DNA of 64,000 bases from the human T2T-CHM13v2.0 reference genome, Homo sapiens. A program made the translations under genes and the position numbers. Under the pieces are notes generated by a model, which made no database searches, was not told the origin of the DNA, and worked only from the letters and a program-made list of their open reading frames with translations. Every line of letters starts with the position of its first letter. Within the stretch, counting starts at the first letter, position 1. Shown here in pieces: positions 50,332 through 63,870 of the stretch. The stretch lies in the NCBI RefSeq assembly GCF_009914755.1, contig NC_060933.1, one strand, 5' to 3'.

Positions 50332-53300
50332 GAAGGGCTTCAAGATGGCTGTCTAGAAGCATTTCATGCCCATCTCCTCCACTTAGAACGAAAATAATGC
50401 ATAGAAAGTCACACTTCAAATACATTATCCAAAGAGAATGTTAGAGTTCAACAGAGAAGTGAAGGAAACACCAAAAACAGGGAAGGAGAAGGAAGAGAGG
50501 CAGCCTACCTGGCCAAGATCAGCTGGCAGCTGGCAGTGACTTCCCAACATGGGGAAAAGGTGAGTGAGTGACTTGTGGACAGTGGGCTACATCCTCACCA
50601 TTGGATCCTGAAATCCTGGCCATGGGAGAACACTTTGATCCTGCTAACCCCTGAAACTAACATAGGAAGCTGCCATGGGACAGAAGTGCTCCAGGGATGG
50701 GGCTTGCACTGGGTCCCACACCCTTTCTAAGACCCAAGTGTCTACAGCAAGTCACCATTTTCAAACCTAGCCTTTGGCAGACTGCATGCTGTCCTGGGTC
50801 CCAGTAGTGCCGAAACAAAGGCATTACAGAAACCTGGGCAGTTGCTACTGAGACTGAAGAGAGAGCTGGAAGTGCTCCCACAGCCTGGGCTAAGAAGCAA
50901 GTGAGATGTGGGCTGTAGCAGTCAGTGCCAGGAAGCAAGTATCACTGGGACTGAGACAGGAATGTAAGCAGAGTGTGAGTTGCCACTGGAATGTAACTGG
51001 GAGCTAGGTGGGGAATCCTGCAGCCAGGATGAGGGTTTGAGCTAGGCATGGACTACTGCCACCAGGGATGGAAGATGAGCCTCACTGGGACAGGGAATAA
51101 GAGGGATATGCATTCCCCACTAGCTGCCCAAGCTGTGGCCACCGAGGATGGCCCCACTCTCTCCAGTGGGAGGGCCTCAGCATGACTGCTACTGCTCCTC
51201 GCCTGAGCACTCTGCCTGAGGCCTGAGGATTATACTGCCACTGCCCACCCTGGCTTGTGCCTGCTTTCATCACTGGGAGGCCTGAACACAAGCCCACCCA
51301 ACCCAGCTTTGTGCCCTGAGACAGAGCACAAGCTCAGGATCCCGGGGATTGCTCAACCCAATCTGCCACTGTGGGCACCTGAGCACTCCTTTTAAGGGGC
51401 TGAGGCTGAGCCTAAACTCCTGGCTGCTATCACCTCAGCTGGCAGCTACCTGCAATCACCACCTATGGGCCTAGAGAGTGGCCCACCCAGCCCATCACAG
51501 CCACAGCCAACATTAATGAGCATAGCTTTGGACACAGAGAATCATCCTGCTATTGCTACTGCCGTTTCCCATACCACATTGACTGCCCAGGGGCCCAGGA
51601 ACCTTCCCACCTGCCTGGTCCACTGATGTCACTACCAGCATCTGAGAAAACCACCTGAAGGCCCAAGAATCAATTTGCCCATAACTGCCAACACAGGTGC
51701 CAGCATACATTGCCTTGGGGCACAAAGATAGGCATGCTCAGCCCATTGCTGCCACCACTGAGGCCTGAACACTAATCCACCTGGCACCCAAGTCCCTGAA
51801 ACAACTTCACTACAGCCTCCACTAATAACCACATCAAAACCCACTAAGAAAATCACAGTCACCACTAATGCTGTTTATAGCAAAAGAAATCATACAGAGA
51901 CTACCCTACTACTGCACATACCCAGAATCAAAGCCAAAGTACCTTACACAACAGACACCATATATATATCTTCAGGAAAGAGTCCTCTCCTATGAAAACA
52001 AATTAAAAAATAGGAAAAAACAAGTGTTACATCAGATACACAGTTATCAATGTAAGGACACAGGAAATGTGTAAAAGCAAGGAAATATGACACCTCCCAA
52101 AAGAACATAATAATTGCCAGCAATAGATCTTAATCAAAAATAATTTTTCAAAATCCTAGAAAAAGAATTAAAATATTTATTTTAAAGAAGCTCATAAAGA
52201 TATAAGAGAATTCAGAAAACAATACAGAGAAATTAGAAAAATAATTCAAAATATGAATGAGATTTTTACTAAAGAGATATATATTTTTTAGAAGGAACCA
52301 AATAGAAATTCTGGAGCTGAATAATTCATTAAAGGAAATACAAAGTACATACAATAGCTTCAGCAAAATCTAGAGCAGGCAGAAGAAAGAATCTCAGAAT
52401 GTGAAGACAAGTCTTTTGAAATAATCTAGTTAGACTAAAATAAGGGAAAAAGAATGACAAGGACTTTGCAAGACTTGAGACAACATAAAGCAAGAAAATA
52501 TTCAGATTATTGGTATCCCTGAGGGTAATGAGACTAAAAATGATTAGAAAACCAATTTAATGAAATGATAGAAGAAAACTTTCCAAGTCTAGCAAAATAT
52601 TTAGACATTCAGATAAATGAGCCTCAGTAATGCTCAAGAAGATACAATGCAAAAAGATCTTCTCCACAGAACATTGTAATCAGATTGTTTCAAGTCAAAA
52701 ATAAAGAGCAATAAAGTGGACTTAGAGATTCAATAATTAAGTAATATTTTTTTAAAAAGACAAAAAAAAATAAAGAGCAAATCCTAAAAACAGGATGAGA
52801 ACTTCATCTAGTCACCTATAAAGGAAACCCCAAAACTAAAAATGGATTTTTCAGCAGCAACATTACAGGCCAGAAGAGAACTTGTTAAAATATTCAAAGT
52901 GCTGAAAGAAAATAACTGTCATCCGTGCATACTATCCCTGGAAAACTTACCCTTTGTAAATGAAGGAGAAATAAAATCTTTCTCAGACTAGTGAATGCTG
53001 AGGTAATTTGTTGCCACTAGACCAGTCCTGCAAGAAAGGCTAGAGGGAGTCCTAAATCTGGAAGTGAAAAGATGACATTTACCACTGTGAAAATATATGA
53101 AAGTATAAAACTCATTGGTAAAGCAATAACACAAATCAGAAAGAGAAACAACTGAAATGGTATCACTAGAGAAATCCACCAAACTGCAAAGACAATCAAT
53201 AAAAGAAAAATAAAGGAACAAAGATTATAGCCAACAACCAGATAACAATCAACAATATGACATGGCAAAGCCTCATATATCAATAATAACTTTGAATGTA

Positions 53301-56300
53301 AATGGCTTAAATTCTCCATGTAAAAGATATAGAATGACTTAATAGATTTAAAAAAACCATGATTAAGCTATATGCTGCTTTCAAGAAACTCACCTTACCA
53401 GTAAAAACGCATATAGACTGAAAGTGAAGGGATAGAAAAAGATGTTCCATGCAAATGGAAACCCAAATGAGCAAATGTAGCTACACAACACAGACTTTAA
53501 GTCAAGGACAGTAAAAAAGACAAAGAAGGTCATTATGTAATAATAAAGGCATCAATCCAGCAAGAAGATATAACAATTTGAAACATATATGCATTGAACA
53601 CTAGAGCACCCACATTCATAAATAAAATATTTCTAAATCTAAGGAGAAAGAGATAAATTGCAAACAATAACAGTGGAAGACTTCAACACTCTACTCTCAG
53701 CATTAAGCAGATAATCTAGACAGAAAATCAAAAAAGAAATATTGGATTTATACTGAAATTTAGACCAAATGGACTTGACAGATGTTTACAGAATATTCTA
53801 CAGAGAAACTGCAGAATATAGATTTTTTTAATCAGCAGATGGAATTATATCCAGGATTGACCATATATTAGGCCACAAAAGAAATTTTAACAATTTTTTA
53901 AAAACTGAAATCATATAAGCATCTTCTCAGACCACAATGGAATAAAACTAGAAATCAATACCAACTGAAACTTTGGAAACTATACAAATAAATGGAAATG
54001 ACATGTTTCTGAATGACCATGGAGTCAATGAAGAAAATTAAGATGGAAATAAAAAAATTCCTTGAAACAACATACCAAAACACAACATACCAAAACCTGT
54101 GAAATACAGCAAAAGCAGTGCTAAGAGGGAAGTTTATAGCAATAAATGCCTACATACAATAAGTAGAAAAAGTAAACAAATGAACAATCTAATAATGCAC
54201 TGCAAGGAACTAGAAACACAAGAAAACAACAAACCCAAAATTTACAGAATCAAAGAGATAATAAAGATAAAAGCCAAACTAAATGAAATTGAGACTAAAC
54301 AAAGATACAAAAGATACAAAATTAAAATCTCATTCTTCAACAAGATGAAGAAAATTAATAACTTGCTAGCTAGACTAACCAAGAGGAGAGGAGACCCAAA
54401 TAAAGAAAACCATTAATGAAAAAGAAGACATTACAACTGATACCACAGAAATATAAAAGATCATCAGAGATTTTTATGAACAACTATATGCTGAAAAACT
54501 TGAAAACCTAGAGGAAATGGATACATTCCTGAAAAAATACAACCTGCCAGGATTGGATCAGGAAGAAATAAAACATCTGAACAGACCAATAAAGAGTACT
54601 AGTAACAAAAAGCCCCCCAATAAAGAAATGCCCAGGACCAGATGGATTCAAAACTAAATTCTTTGAAATGTACAAAGAAGAACTAATACCAATCCTCCTG
54701 AACTATCCAAAAAACTTAAAAAGGATTAAATTCTCCTTAACTAATTCTATGAAGCCAGCATCACCCTGATACCAAAACCAGATAAGGATGCAACAGCAGC
54801 AACAACAACAAAACTACAGACCAATATCCTTGATGAACATAATGTAAAACTCTCCAACAAAATAGCAACAAGTCTAATACAACTGCACATGAAAAAGATA
54901 ATACACCACAGTCAAGTGGGATTTATACCAAGGATGCAAGGATGTTTCAACATATGCAAATCAATAAATGCAGTACATCACATCAACAGAATGAAGGACA
55001 AACACCATACAATCATCTCAATAGACACAGAAAAAGCATTTGATAAAATTCAACATTCCTTTATGATAAAAAAAATTGCAATAAAATGGCATAGAAAGAA
55101 CATATCTGAAAATAATGTAGGTGATTTACAAGAAAACACACAGTTAACATCATATGGTCTGGGGAAAAGCTGACAGCCTTTTCTCTAAGATCTGGAGCAA
55201 GACAAGGATGCCCTCTTTTTACCACTGTCATTCAACATGGTACTGGAAGTCTGAGCTAGAGCAATCAGGCAAGAGATAAAAATAAAAGCCATCCAAATTG
55301 GAAAAGAGGAAGCCAAATTTTTTCTCTGTGCTCATAATATGATCTTATATTTAGAAAAACTTAAAAGACTCTACCAAAAAACTCTTAGCTTTGATAAATG
55401 AATTTGGTAAAGTTACAAGATACAAAATCAATGTACAAAAATCAGTGGCATTTCCACAAACCAATAATGATCTAACTGAGAAAGAAATGTATGGAATTGC
55501 CTTCTTGATTTTGTAGCTATTAATTTTGTAGCTATTGCTATAAAAATAAATAAATAAAGTGTCTAGAGGAATAAATTTAACCAAGGAGGTGAAAGCTCTC
55601 TGCATGGAAAGCTATAAAATGCTGATGGAAAATTAAAGATGACACAAATAAGTGGAAAAATGACCCATATTCACAGATCAAAAGAATTAATATAATTAAA
55701 ATGACTATATGTGCAAATCAATGTCTAGATTCAGTACAATTCACATCAAAATACCCATGCCATTCTTCACAGAATTACCAGTAAATAAATAAATGAATAC
55801 AAAAATCCCTGGCCTGGCATGATGTCTCAAGCCTATAATCTCAGCACTTTGGAAGGCCCAGGCAAGATGATCACTTGAAGTCAGGCCAGGAGTTTGAGGC
55901 CAGCCTCGTGAACACAGTGAGACCCCATCTGTACCAAAAGTTTTTTTTTAATTAGCTAGGTGTGGTGGTGAGCACCTGTAGTCCCAGAGACTCAGGAAAC
56001 TGAGGCAGGAAGACCATTTGAGCCCAGGAGTTTGAGGTTACAGTGAGCTGTGATTATGCCATTGCACCCCAGCCTGGGTGACAAAATGAGACCCTGTCTC
56101 AAAATTTTAAAAAAAGAAAAAAAAAAAGAAAAACCCTAAAATTCATTTGTAGCCAAATAGGAGTCCAAATAGCCAAAGCAATACTGAGCAAAAGGCATAA
56201 AGCTGGAGGCTGGAGGCATCACACTACCTAACTTCAAAATATATTGTAAAGGTATAGTAATTAAAACAGCATAATATTGGTATAAAAATAGACCAATGGA

Positions 56301-57719
56301 ACAATTTAGAATTCATCAATAAAGCTACATATTTTCAGCCAACTGATCTTCAACAAACTGACAGTAACTTGCACTGGGTGGGGAAAAGACACCCTCTTCA
56401 ATAAATGATCCTGGGAAAAGTGGCTATGCAGAAAATAAAACTGAACCCTACATCTCTCCACTATATACAAAAATAAACTCAAAGTGGATTAAAGACTTAA
56501 ACATAAATACCCAAAACTATAACAATACTAAAAAAAAATGCTAGAGAAAACTCTTCTGGATATGGGTCTAGGCAAAAAATTTGTGACAAAAACCTCAAAA
56601 GCACAGACAACAAAACAAAAAAATGGACAAATGAAAATATATTAAACTAAAAAGCTTCTGTGTAGCAGCAAAGGGAATAATTTTCAGAGTGAAGAGACAA
56701 CCTGTTGAAAGAGAGAAAATATTAGCAAACTAATCATATGATACGAAACTAATATCCAGAATGTAGAAGGAATTCAAACAAGTGAAAATGAATAAAATAA
56801 ATAATCCCATTAAAAACTGGACTAATAGACATTTCTCAAAGGAAGACAAATTGCCAACAGGTATATGAAAAAATGCACAACACAACTAATCATTAGAGAA
56901 ATGTAAATCAAAACTATAGCTAAATGCCATCTTACCCTAGTCAGAATGGCTACCATTAAAAAGACAAAAAATAACGGATGTTTGCAAGGATGTGGAGTAA
57001 AGGGAACTCTTATACACTGTTAGTAAGAATGTAAACTAGTACAGCCTCTATGGAAAACAGTATAGATATTTATCAAAAAACTAAAAATAGAATCACCCAC
57101 TTGATTCAGCAATCCCACTACTGTGTATCTACCCAAAGGAAAATAAATCAATATATCAAAGGGATATCAGCACTCTTATGTTTATTGCAGAACTATTCAC
57201 GATAGTGAATGGAATACATATGCAATCAACCAACCAAATTTTTCATCAATAGATGAATGGATAAAGAAAATGTGGCATATATATACAATGGAATACTATT
57301 TAGTCATAAAAAGAATGAAATCATGCCATTTGAAGCAACATGGATGAAACTGGAAGTCATTATCTTAAGTGAAGTAAACTAGGCACAAAAAGACAAACAT
57401 CACACGTTCACTTACATGTGAGAGCTAAAAAAATTTGACCACATAGAGGAAGAGCGTAAAAAGATAGATAACAAAGACTGGGAAGGGTGAGTTGAGGGGA
57501 GAGGAGAGATAAAGAGACGTAGGTTAAAGGGTACAAGCATACAGCAAGATAGAAGGAAGAAATGTAATATTTGACAGCAGAGTAGGATGACTATGCTTAA
57601 CAAAAAGGTATTGTATTTGGCTGATGGACACCTTAAATACCCTGACTTGATCCCTATGCCTTATATACATGTAATGAAATTTCTCATATATCTCATACAT
57701 TTGTACAAATAAAAAAAAA
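50332..57719 (+). mobile_element. Near-full-length old L1 (L1MA3/4-like 3' end): 5'UTR, decayed ORF1 and ORF2, A-tail
   Basis: Starts gaagggcttcaagatggc (YY1-type start); GC-rich UTR to ~51850; ORF1-like ~52040-53100; ORF2 remnant [26 protein letters not shown]...[15 protein letters not shown] (54889-55173); A-tail at ~57711-57719. Confidence 0.92.
55811..56127 (+). mobile_element. AluJ SINE inserted in L1 ORF2
   Basis: ttgagcccaggagtttgaggttacagtgagctgtgat (AluJ-type); TSD aaaaa(t)ccct. Confidence 0.92.
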
Positions 57720-57720
57720 T

Positions 57721-57849
57721 TGTCATTGCCAAGGTTACCTAGAGTTTTTCCTATGCTGTCTTCTAGAAGTTTCATAGTTTTATGTTTTACACCTAGACCT
57801 GTGATCCAATTTGAGAAATTTTTGTGAAAGATGTAAGGTCTGCCTGTAG

Positions 57850-57894
<45 letters not shown>

Positions 57895-58190
57895 GTTTGA
57901 CTTTGGGCATCCAGTTGTTTCGGAACATTTGTTAAAAAGACTATCATTTCTCCATTGGATTGCACTTGCTCCTTTGTCAAAGATCAACTTGCAATATTTG
58001 TATGGTCCATTTTTGGACCCTATTCCATTGAGGTATTTATTCATTCTTTTGCCAGTACCACACTGTTTTGATTACTGTAGCTTTATAGCACATCTTGAAG
58101 TTGGATAGTGTCAGTTCTCCAGCTTTCTTCTTCTTTAATATTTTGTTGGCCGTTCTGAGTTTTTTGCCTTTCCATATAAACTTGCCTATG
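57721..58190 (-). mobile_element. Continuation of the host L1MC/MD element
   Basis: ctttgtcaaagatca...gccagtaccacactgttttgattactgtagctttatag. Confidence 0.85.
57851..57894 (+). repeat. (TTA)n microsatellite
   Basis: Seen directly. Confidence 0.97.
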
Positions 58191-58336
58191 AGTTTTTATG
58201 TAAATTCAAGATACAATCTAGAGAGTCTAAAGATTACTAGTCAACATGAAAACATCTATTTCCACTTTTACATTTAAAAGAGCAATATAATTATTTTGAA
58301 AATAAAGATGATGTATTTGCCAGAAACTCAACTTAC

Positions 58337-58360
58337 CTTTTCCATAGCTTCTGTCGTCTG
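58337..58360 (-). other. Candidate 24/21-nt microexon with NAGNAG acceptor
   Basis: Minus strand cttatctttttctag|CAG|ACGACAGAAGCTATGGAAAAG|gtaagt. Confidence 0.3.
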
Positions 58361-58539
58361 CTAGAAAAAGATAAGTTTCTCTTTTTTGCCACTGGAAAGT
58401 CCCTTTTCTCAGGGCTGAGCAAAGAAGAAAAGAAGTAATATCCAGCCCTCATGCTGTAGAATGTATTAAATGGTGGAGTATTTTATGTTTCCTGTATTTT
58501 TCTTGAATAATATGGAAAATGATATATTCCAAAGGTAAT

Positions 58540-58603
58540 ATGGGTAATACAGTTAGGACTTTATTTTTCCAAATGGGTAATAAAGTTAGGACTTTGTTTT
58601 TCC
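58540..58603 (+). repeat. 33-bp tandem duplication
   Basis: atgggtaata(c/a)agttaggacttt(a/g)tttttcc twice. Confidence 0.9.
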
Positions 58604-60439
58604 TACAGATTAGGCATAAGGGAATTTGAGATATATTTTTCTCCAGAGTTCAAAGTCTTTTATGCCTTCTTCATATATTTTAGGTGAAAACTCAAGATCA
58701 ACCTCTGTAAAGTCATGATAATTTGGACAATATTGGAGAATGAATATATTATGTGGACTGTCTGTGCTGGGACTAAAACTGGTTTCAAATTCTTTAATGA
58801 ATTATTACATATAGTGGACCAAATCATTCAGTGTTTATTCTCCAAAATCTTCCATCAATTCTTAGAGCCTTCTCTACTACCACACTGCTTTGCCTCAGGT
58901 AACTTCCCATTTCTTCTCTCAGAGGAAGATTTCATCACTAGAAATCTTATCTTGTTCTAAAAACATTTTGTGAGCAGTTTTTCATTAACAGATGTGTTCC
59001 ACATTTATTTAGCTGCTTCTCTTACTTCATGCATGTGTTCAGTGTTGACTCTGTTAAACTCTGTAGTACAAGGATGAGTGTATTAACTTGATCCCACATA
59101 ATAGGACATTAAAAGGAATCTTTGGAAAAGAAGCAGTGTAATAGTCATTAACAGGGACGAGCACAAGTCTTCGATGAAGACCACCATATTTGGCCATGCT
59201 GTTGGAATTTGATATTGTCACATGATGGTGTTAGTATTAGACCTTCAAGTATGGTCATTTGAAAGGAATCAAAAGACCTTTACACCTACACATACACACA
59301 TGTACACACAGAGTGAAAAGTCAGGTCTTCCTTCCGCATGATCCTAGCAGGAAACATCCTTTGTTGTCTATTCTTCCTCTCACTTTCTGAGAAATGTGAG
59401 TCCCACTCACTAGAAGCTCTGTTTTGGAGTGACTCATCTCCTTCAGTAACATTACCAGCCTTTCCACTTTGTTCCAGCTACAAGATGCAGTCACCAGAAT
59501 AATTTAATGCCCTCCTGCTAATTGCCAGGGCTAATAGAAAAACTGCTACAACTCTTCAAATGCTTTTCGTTTACATGTTGATTTCTTGCTTCCCACTTGG
59601 GAAAGGTGTGTTTGGCTTCTAACTGCTTTTGATCTAATGGTTCTGTAGACTGACCTACTTTCATTTTTTGTACTGCTGACATTTATTTTATTTTCTTTAT
59701 TTAAGGGCAGAAAATAACAGAAAGGTAATCAGCATGCATTTAGGTCATTGTAAGTGTCCTAGTTACATTTGCATTTTTCTGTTAAAAGTCTAATGCTGCC
59801 TTTGAATGATTTAAGATATTTGGACAAGAGGAAAAATAACCCTTCCTTCCCATAAATCCAGAGTGAAAACAAAGAGAATGCATAATCCACCTGCCTTGAT
59901 TCAGGACCATGTAAATTACATCAGCTGCAGTCATAGATTTTGTCAGCCTCCAAGAAATCATCCCCATAGGACCAAAATCCAGGTAAGGAAGAGGGCCTCT
60001 TTTTTCCCCATAGCACTAGAAGCTTTGAAGGACCCAGAGGACAGAATCCTACCTTTTTGATTACTGGGTTTCAAGGCAGAGTGTGATCTTTGTCCCAAAC
60101 AGGGGAGGTGACATCCAACTGAGCTCCATCTCACTCTCTCAATGTGGGGAATAGCACAGAATTATGCTTCGAGGGTCTTTTACATATTTCAAGAACCAGA
60201 ATGAGGTTTGCACAAACCTGCAAAACGATTAAGTAGCAATGAGGACACTGCATGTAAGAAGGCAAAATTGTGCCAGACTCTTCTAGTATTTGGGACAGAT
60301 ACAGGAGACAGACAGGAACTACCGTGATGAGTTTAGCAATTAAAGGGAGAGTAGTAGGAGTTCATCTGTGACACCAGTTGGAGAGCCTTACATCAATTTC
60401 TCAGTTGTGGTTTTCTTTTACTCTTCAAGGGTTCAGAGC

Positions 60440-60695
60440 ACAGCATTTCTCAAATTGCATTCTATTTTGTGAAAGATTCTCATAAGGCTAATACCTGTTT
60501 CTGTGGACAAATAAGTTTGGAAAATACTGATTTACAGAAAGTTTGTTTACATTTTGTTATGTTTTTATTTTACAATTTCTCTGAGTTTTTAATATGACAA
60601 TATATATTGTGACTCTCCAAAATGGAGGAAAAATAATAAGTACATTCCAAACTAATTGCCCACAGAGGCTCTTTGTGGAATGACACTATTTTGTA
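60440..60695. mobile_element. hAT-Charlie-type DNA transposon fossil
   Basis: cagcatttctcaaa...aaataagtttggaaaatactg...ttgtgactctccaa; a related fragment lies at ~35600-35860. Confidence 0.5.
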
Positions 60696-61084
60696 GTTTT
60701 TTTAAATCAAAATAACATGCATATGGTCCTAAAATCAGATATTGCTAATGAAATGGTAATGAAAAAACAATCTCTGACTCCCATTTCTGGCCACTTCTAT
60801 TCCTACTCCAATAAGAAACTTCCTTTAATCAAGTCTGTTTTAAGATTTTCTGGTGGTTACCCAAATGATACACTTATAACATTATTTGTTGAGTTGTCAA
60901 CATTGACATGGATTTTTTATGATATCCATTGACTGGCGAGATTTAGGTTCGCTTACATCATGTGTCCACTTTTCCTCCCCCTCTTCTTAAAATAGCTATA
61001 TAATTACTTTTAGTTACCCCAATCATTACCTTTGTAGCTTTAAATGAATAGACACAAAATTATTTCTTGTGCCATTCACCTTTT

Positions 61085-62645
61085 TGTCTCTTTTTATGTA
61101 GATTTATAGAAGAGTTGCAAAAATAGAAATGAGAGCTTCCATATACCCTTCGCTCAGCTTCTTCTGATGTTAACATTTTATATAACCATGTTGTATTTGT
61201 CAAAATTAAGAAACTAACATTGGTACAATAATATTAACTAAATGAGAGACTTTATTTAGATTTCTCCACTTTTTCTCTTGGCATCCTTTTTCTGTTTCAG
61301 GATCCAGGCCTGGATATCACATTGTATTTAGTCAACTTGTCTCCTCATTTTCCTCCAGTTGATGAGGGTTTCTTAGTCTTCCTTATCTTTCATAACTTCA
61401 AAACTTTTAGCAAGTAGTGGTCAGTTTTTATCTGATGCTTTATTATGATTGTACTAAAGTTATAAATTTGAGGGAAGAATATCACAGAGGTATCCTGTGT
61501 AATATCGTATCAGGGGCATATGATACCAACGTGAGTGATGAAGTCAACCTTGTTCACTTAGATAAGGGAGAATCTGCCAGGTTTCCCACTGTAAATTATC
61601 ATTTTCCTCTTCCCATGCTGTTTGTTCATTAGGAGTGAGTCACTAAGTGTAGCTGTACTCAAGCATAGAAGCATTAAGCTCCAACTCCTGTAGCTGTAAG
61701 TAGCAAAAAATTTGCAGATGGATGCTAAAACTACCACAATAATGAACTTAGTCTGGGGGAAGATATGTTAAGGTACAAATATTGCCTTAAACATTATCCC
61801 ACTAATTTAGAATTAATCAGTGGATCTTGCCTGCATTTATTATTACTGTGGTATTCTAATGGTGATTTTCCATTTATCTTATTTCCTCTACATTTATACA
61901 TTAGAAGTATTCTATTTTTTAAAATGTCCTTTTCCTCTAATTTAGTTGTGGGGTGTGTGTGTGTGTGTCTGTGTGTCTGTGTGTGTAGAGAGAGAGGGAG
62001 GAACTATTTATATCAGTGTGGGTTCATGAATATTTATTTTATTATTTGGGTTATAATTCAATACTATTGTTATTTATTTTCTGGCTTAAATTTCAAACTT
62101 TAGCCATTGGCAGCTCTTTCAGATTGACTCTTAGGTCCTTTTGACATGCCCATCTGTTTTTAGGACTTCTTTACTGGAATTACAAAATATTCCAGACTCT
62201 TGTATTTTTTTCTGTCCAAGCCCTAGAATCAACTATCTCTCCAACGTTGCTTTGCTTTATTTTACTGAAGAATGGTATTTAGAAACCAGCATCTGAGCAT
62301 CAGGTATACTTTATATGAATAGGGTATCACTGCTTCCAGTGATACCCTATCCATTACAGTAGACAGAACTAGAAAATAATGTATGCATACTAATCCATTT
62401 GTACACACATAACTACATTTATTTCTGTACCTATCTGTGTGTATGTATATGTATGTAAACATGAGTTCATACTGATATCTCAGCTTCTAATCTAGCATCA
62501 TAGGATTCATCCTAGCATTTCCAACTTGATTATTTGTAACTTCTTTTTCTGACAGTGAAAGTGACTGGGATCTCATGATCCACTATATATTTACTTATTT
62601 GTTCAACCTAGTATACAAATACAGTAGTTTTAGGATGCTAATTCA
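61085..62645 (-). mobile_element. L1MC4-like 3' UTR
   Basis: agatttatagaagagttgcaaaaatag...aaactaacattggtacaata...catgagttcatactgata. Confidence 0.8.
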
Positions 62646-62689
62646 TATCTAGGCTTAATGTTTTAAAAAATTATTTAGTTTCTCTCCTC

Positions 62690-63870
62690 CCCAACCCCTT
62701 CATTGAGCTTATGGCATACATTTGTAACACAGTCAGTGCAGAGCACTATAGGTTTTGGTGAAGCCGTATATACACCACCACTGTCCCCTACAGAAGAGTT
62801 ATATTGCTACATTGCCCTGCAAATTGCCTTGTCTGACCCATTTGTTGTTCATCCCTCCCCCATTCCCAACTCCCAGAAACTACTTATCTGTTTTCTATTC
62901 CTACAGTTTTGCCTTTTCCACAATGTTTTATAAATTGAATTATACATTACATAAGCCTATGGGTCTGGGTAGTAAAATGCACTTTTAATTCATCCATATT
63001 GTTTAGAGAATCAGTAGTTTGTTTCTTTTTATTGCTGAGTAATACTCCATGGTAGGGATGTACCACAGTCTGATTACTCATTCACCCACTGAAGGACATA
63101 TGAGTTGTTTCTAGGTTTTGCCAATTATAAATAAATCTACTATAAACATTCACATATAGGTTTCTGTGTGAACATAAAATTATAATTCAATTGGGTAATA
63201 TTTGGGAATGGAACTGCTGGATCATATAGTAAGTTTGTGTTTATAATAAATTGCCAAACTTTCCCAAAATGGCTATACCATTTTGCATTTCCATCAACAT
63301 TGAATGAGAGTTTCTGTTGTTCCTTATTGTCTCTAGCACTTGATACTGTCAGGTTTTTGTTTGTTTTAATTTTAGCTATTATAAGAGTGTATAGTTGTAT
63401 TTTATTATAATTTTAATTTGTATTTTCCTAAGTATTAATGGTGTGAGTATTTTTTCATATGTTTACTTGCCATTTACATATTTGTTCTGGTAGACTGTTT
63501 AATTCTTTTGTCGGTTGGTCTCTTGGGTTGTTTGTTGCATTTTAAGTGTTCTTTACATATTCTGGGTATAATTTCCTTATGGAATATGTTATTTGCAAAT
63601 ATTTTATCCTATTCTGTAGCTTATCTGTCATTTTTAACTGAGTCTTTTGCAGAACAAAAATGTTGTTTTAGTGAAGCCCAATTTATCACTTTTTTAACAA
63701 AAATGTATAATGTTTTTGGTGTTGTATCAAAAAAATCATCAGCATACCCAAGGTCACACAGATTTTTACCTATGTTTTCTTTTCAGAGTTTTATACCTTT
63801 ACATTTCACAATTAAGTCTGTGATTAGGTTAATTTTTCTAAAATATGTAAGATGTATGTTGCTGCCACAT
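62690..63870 (-). mobile_element. Old L1M 3' end and ORF2 tail
   Basis: ttattgctgagtaatactccat...cattcacccactgaaggacat...ccattttgcatttccatc. Confidence 0.8.

Noticed and set aside
50332-57719. Retrotransposition-competent L1
   Set aside because: Both ORFs have many stops and frameshifts, plus an Alu insertion and a micro-inversion
57780-58108. Poly-I, poly-N and poly-L ORFs
   Set aside because: Translations of the (TTA)n microsatellite inside an L1
59863-59990. Plus-strand exon ending at CAG|gtaagg
   Set aside because: Good donor, but no convincing acceptor or recognisable peptide
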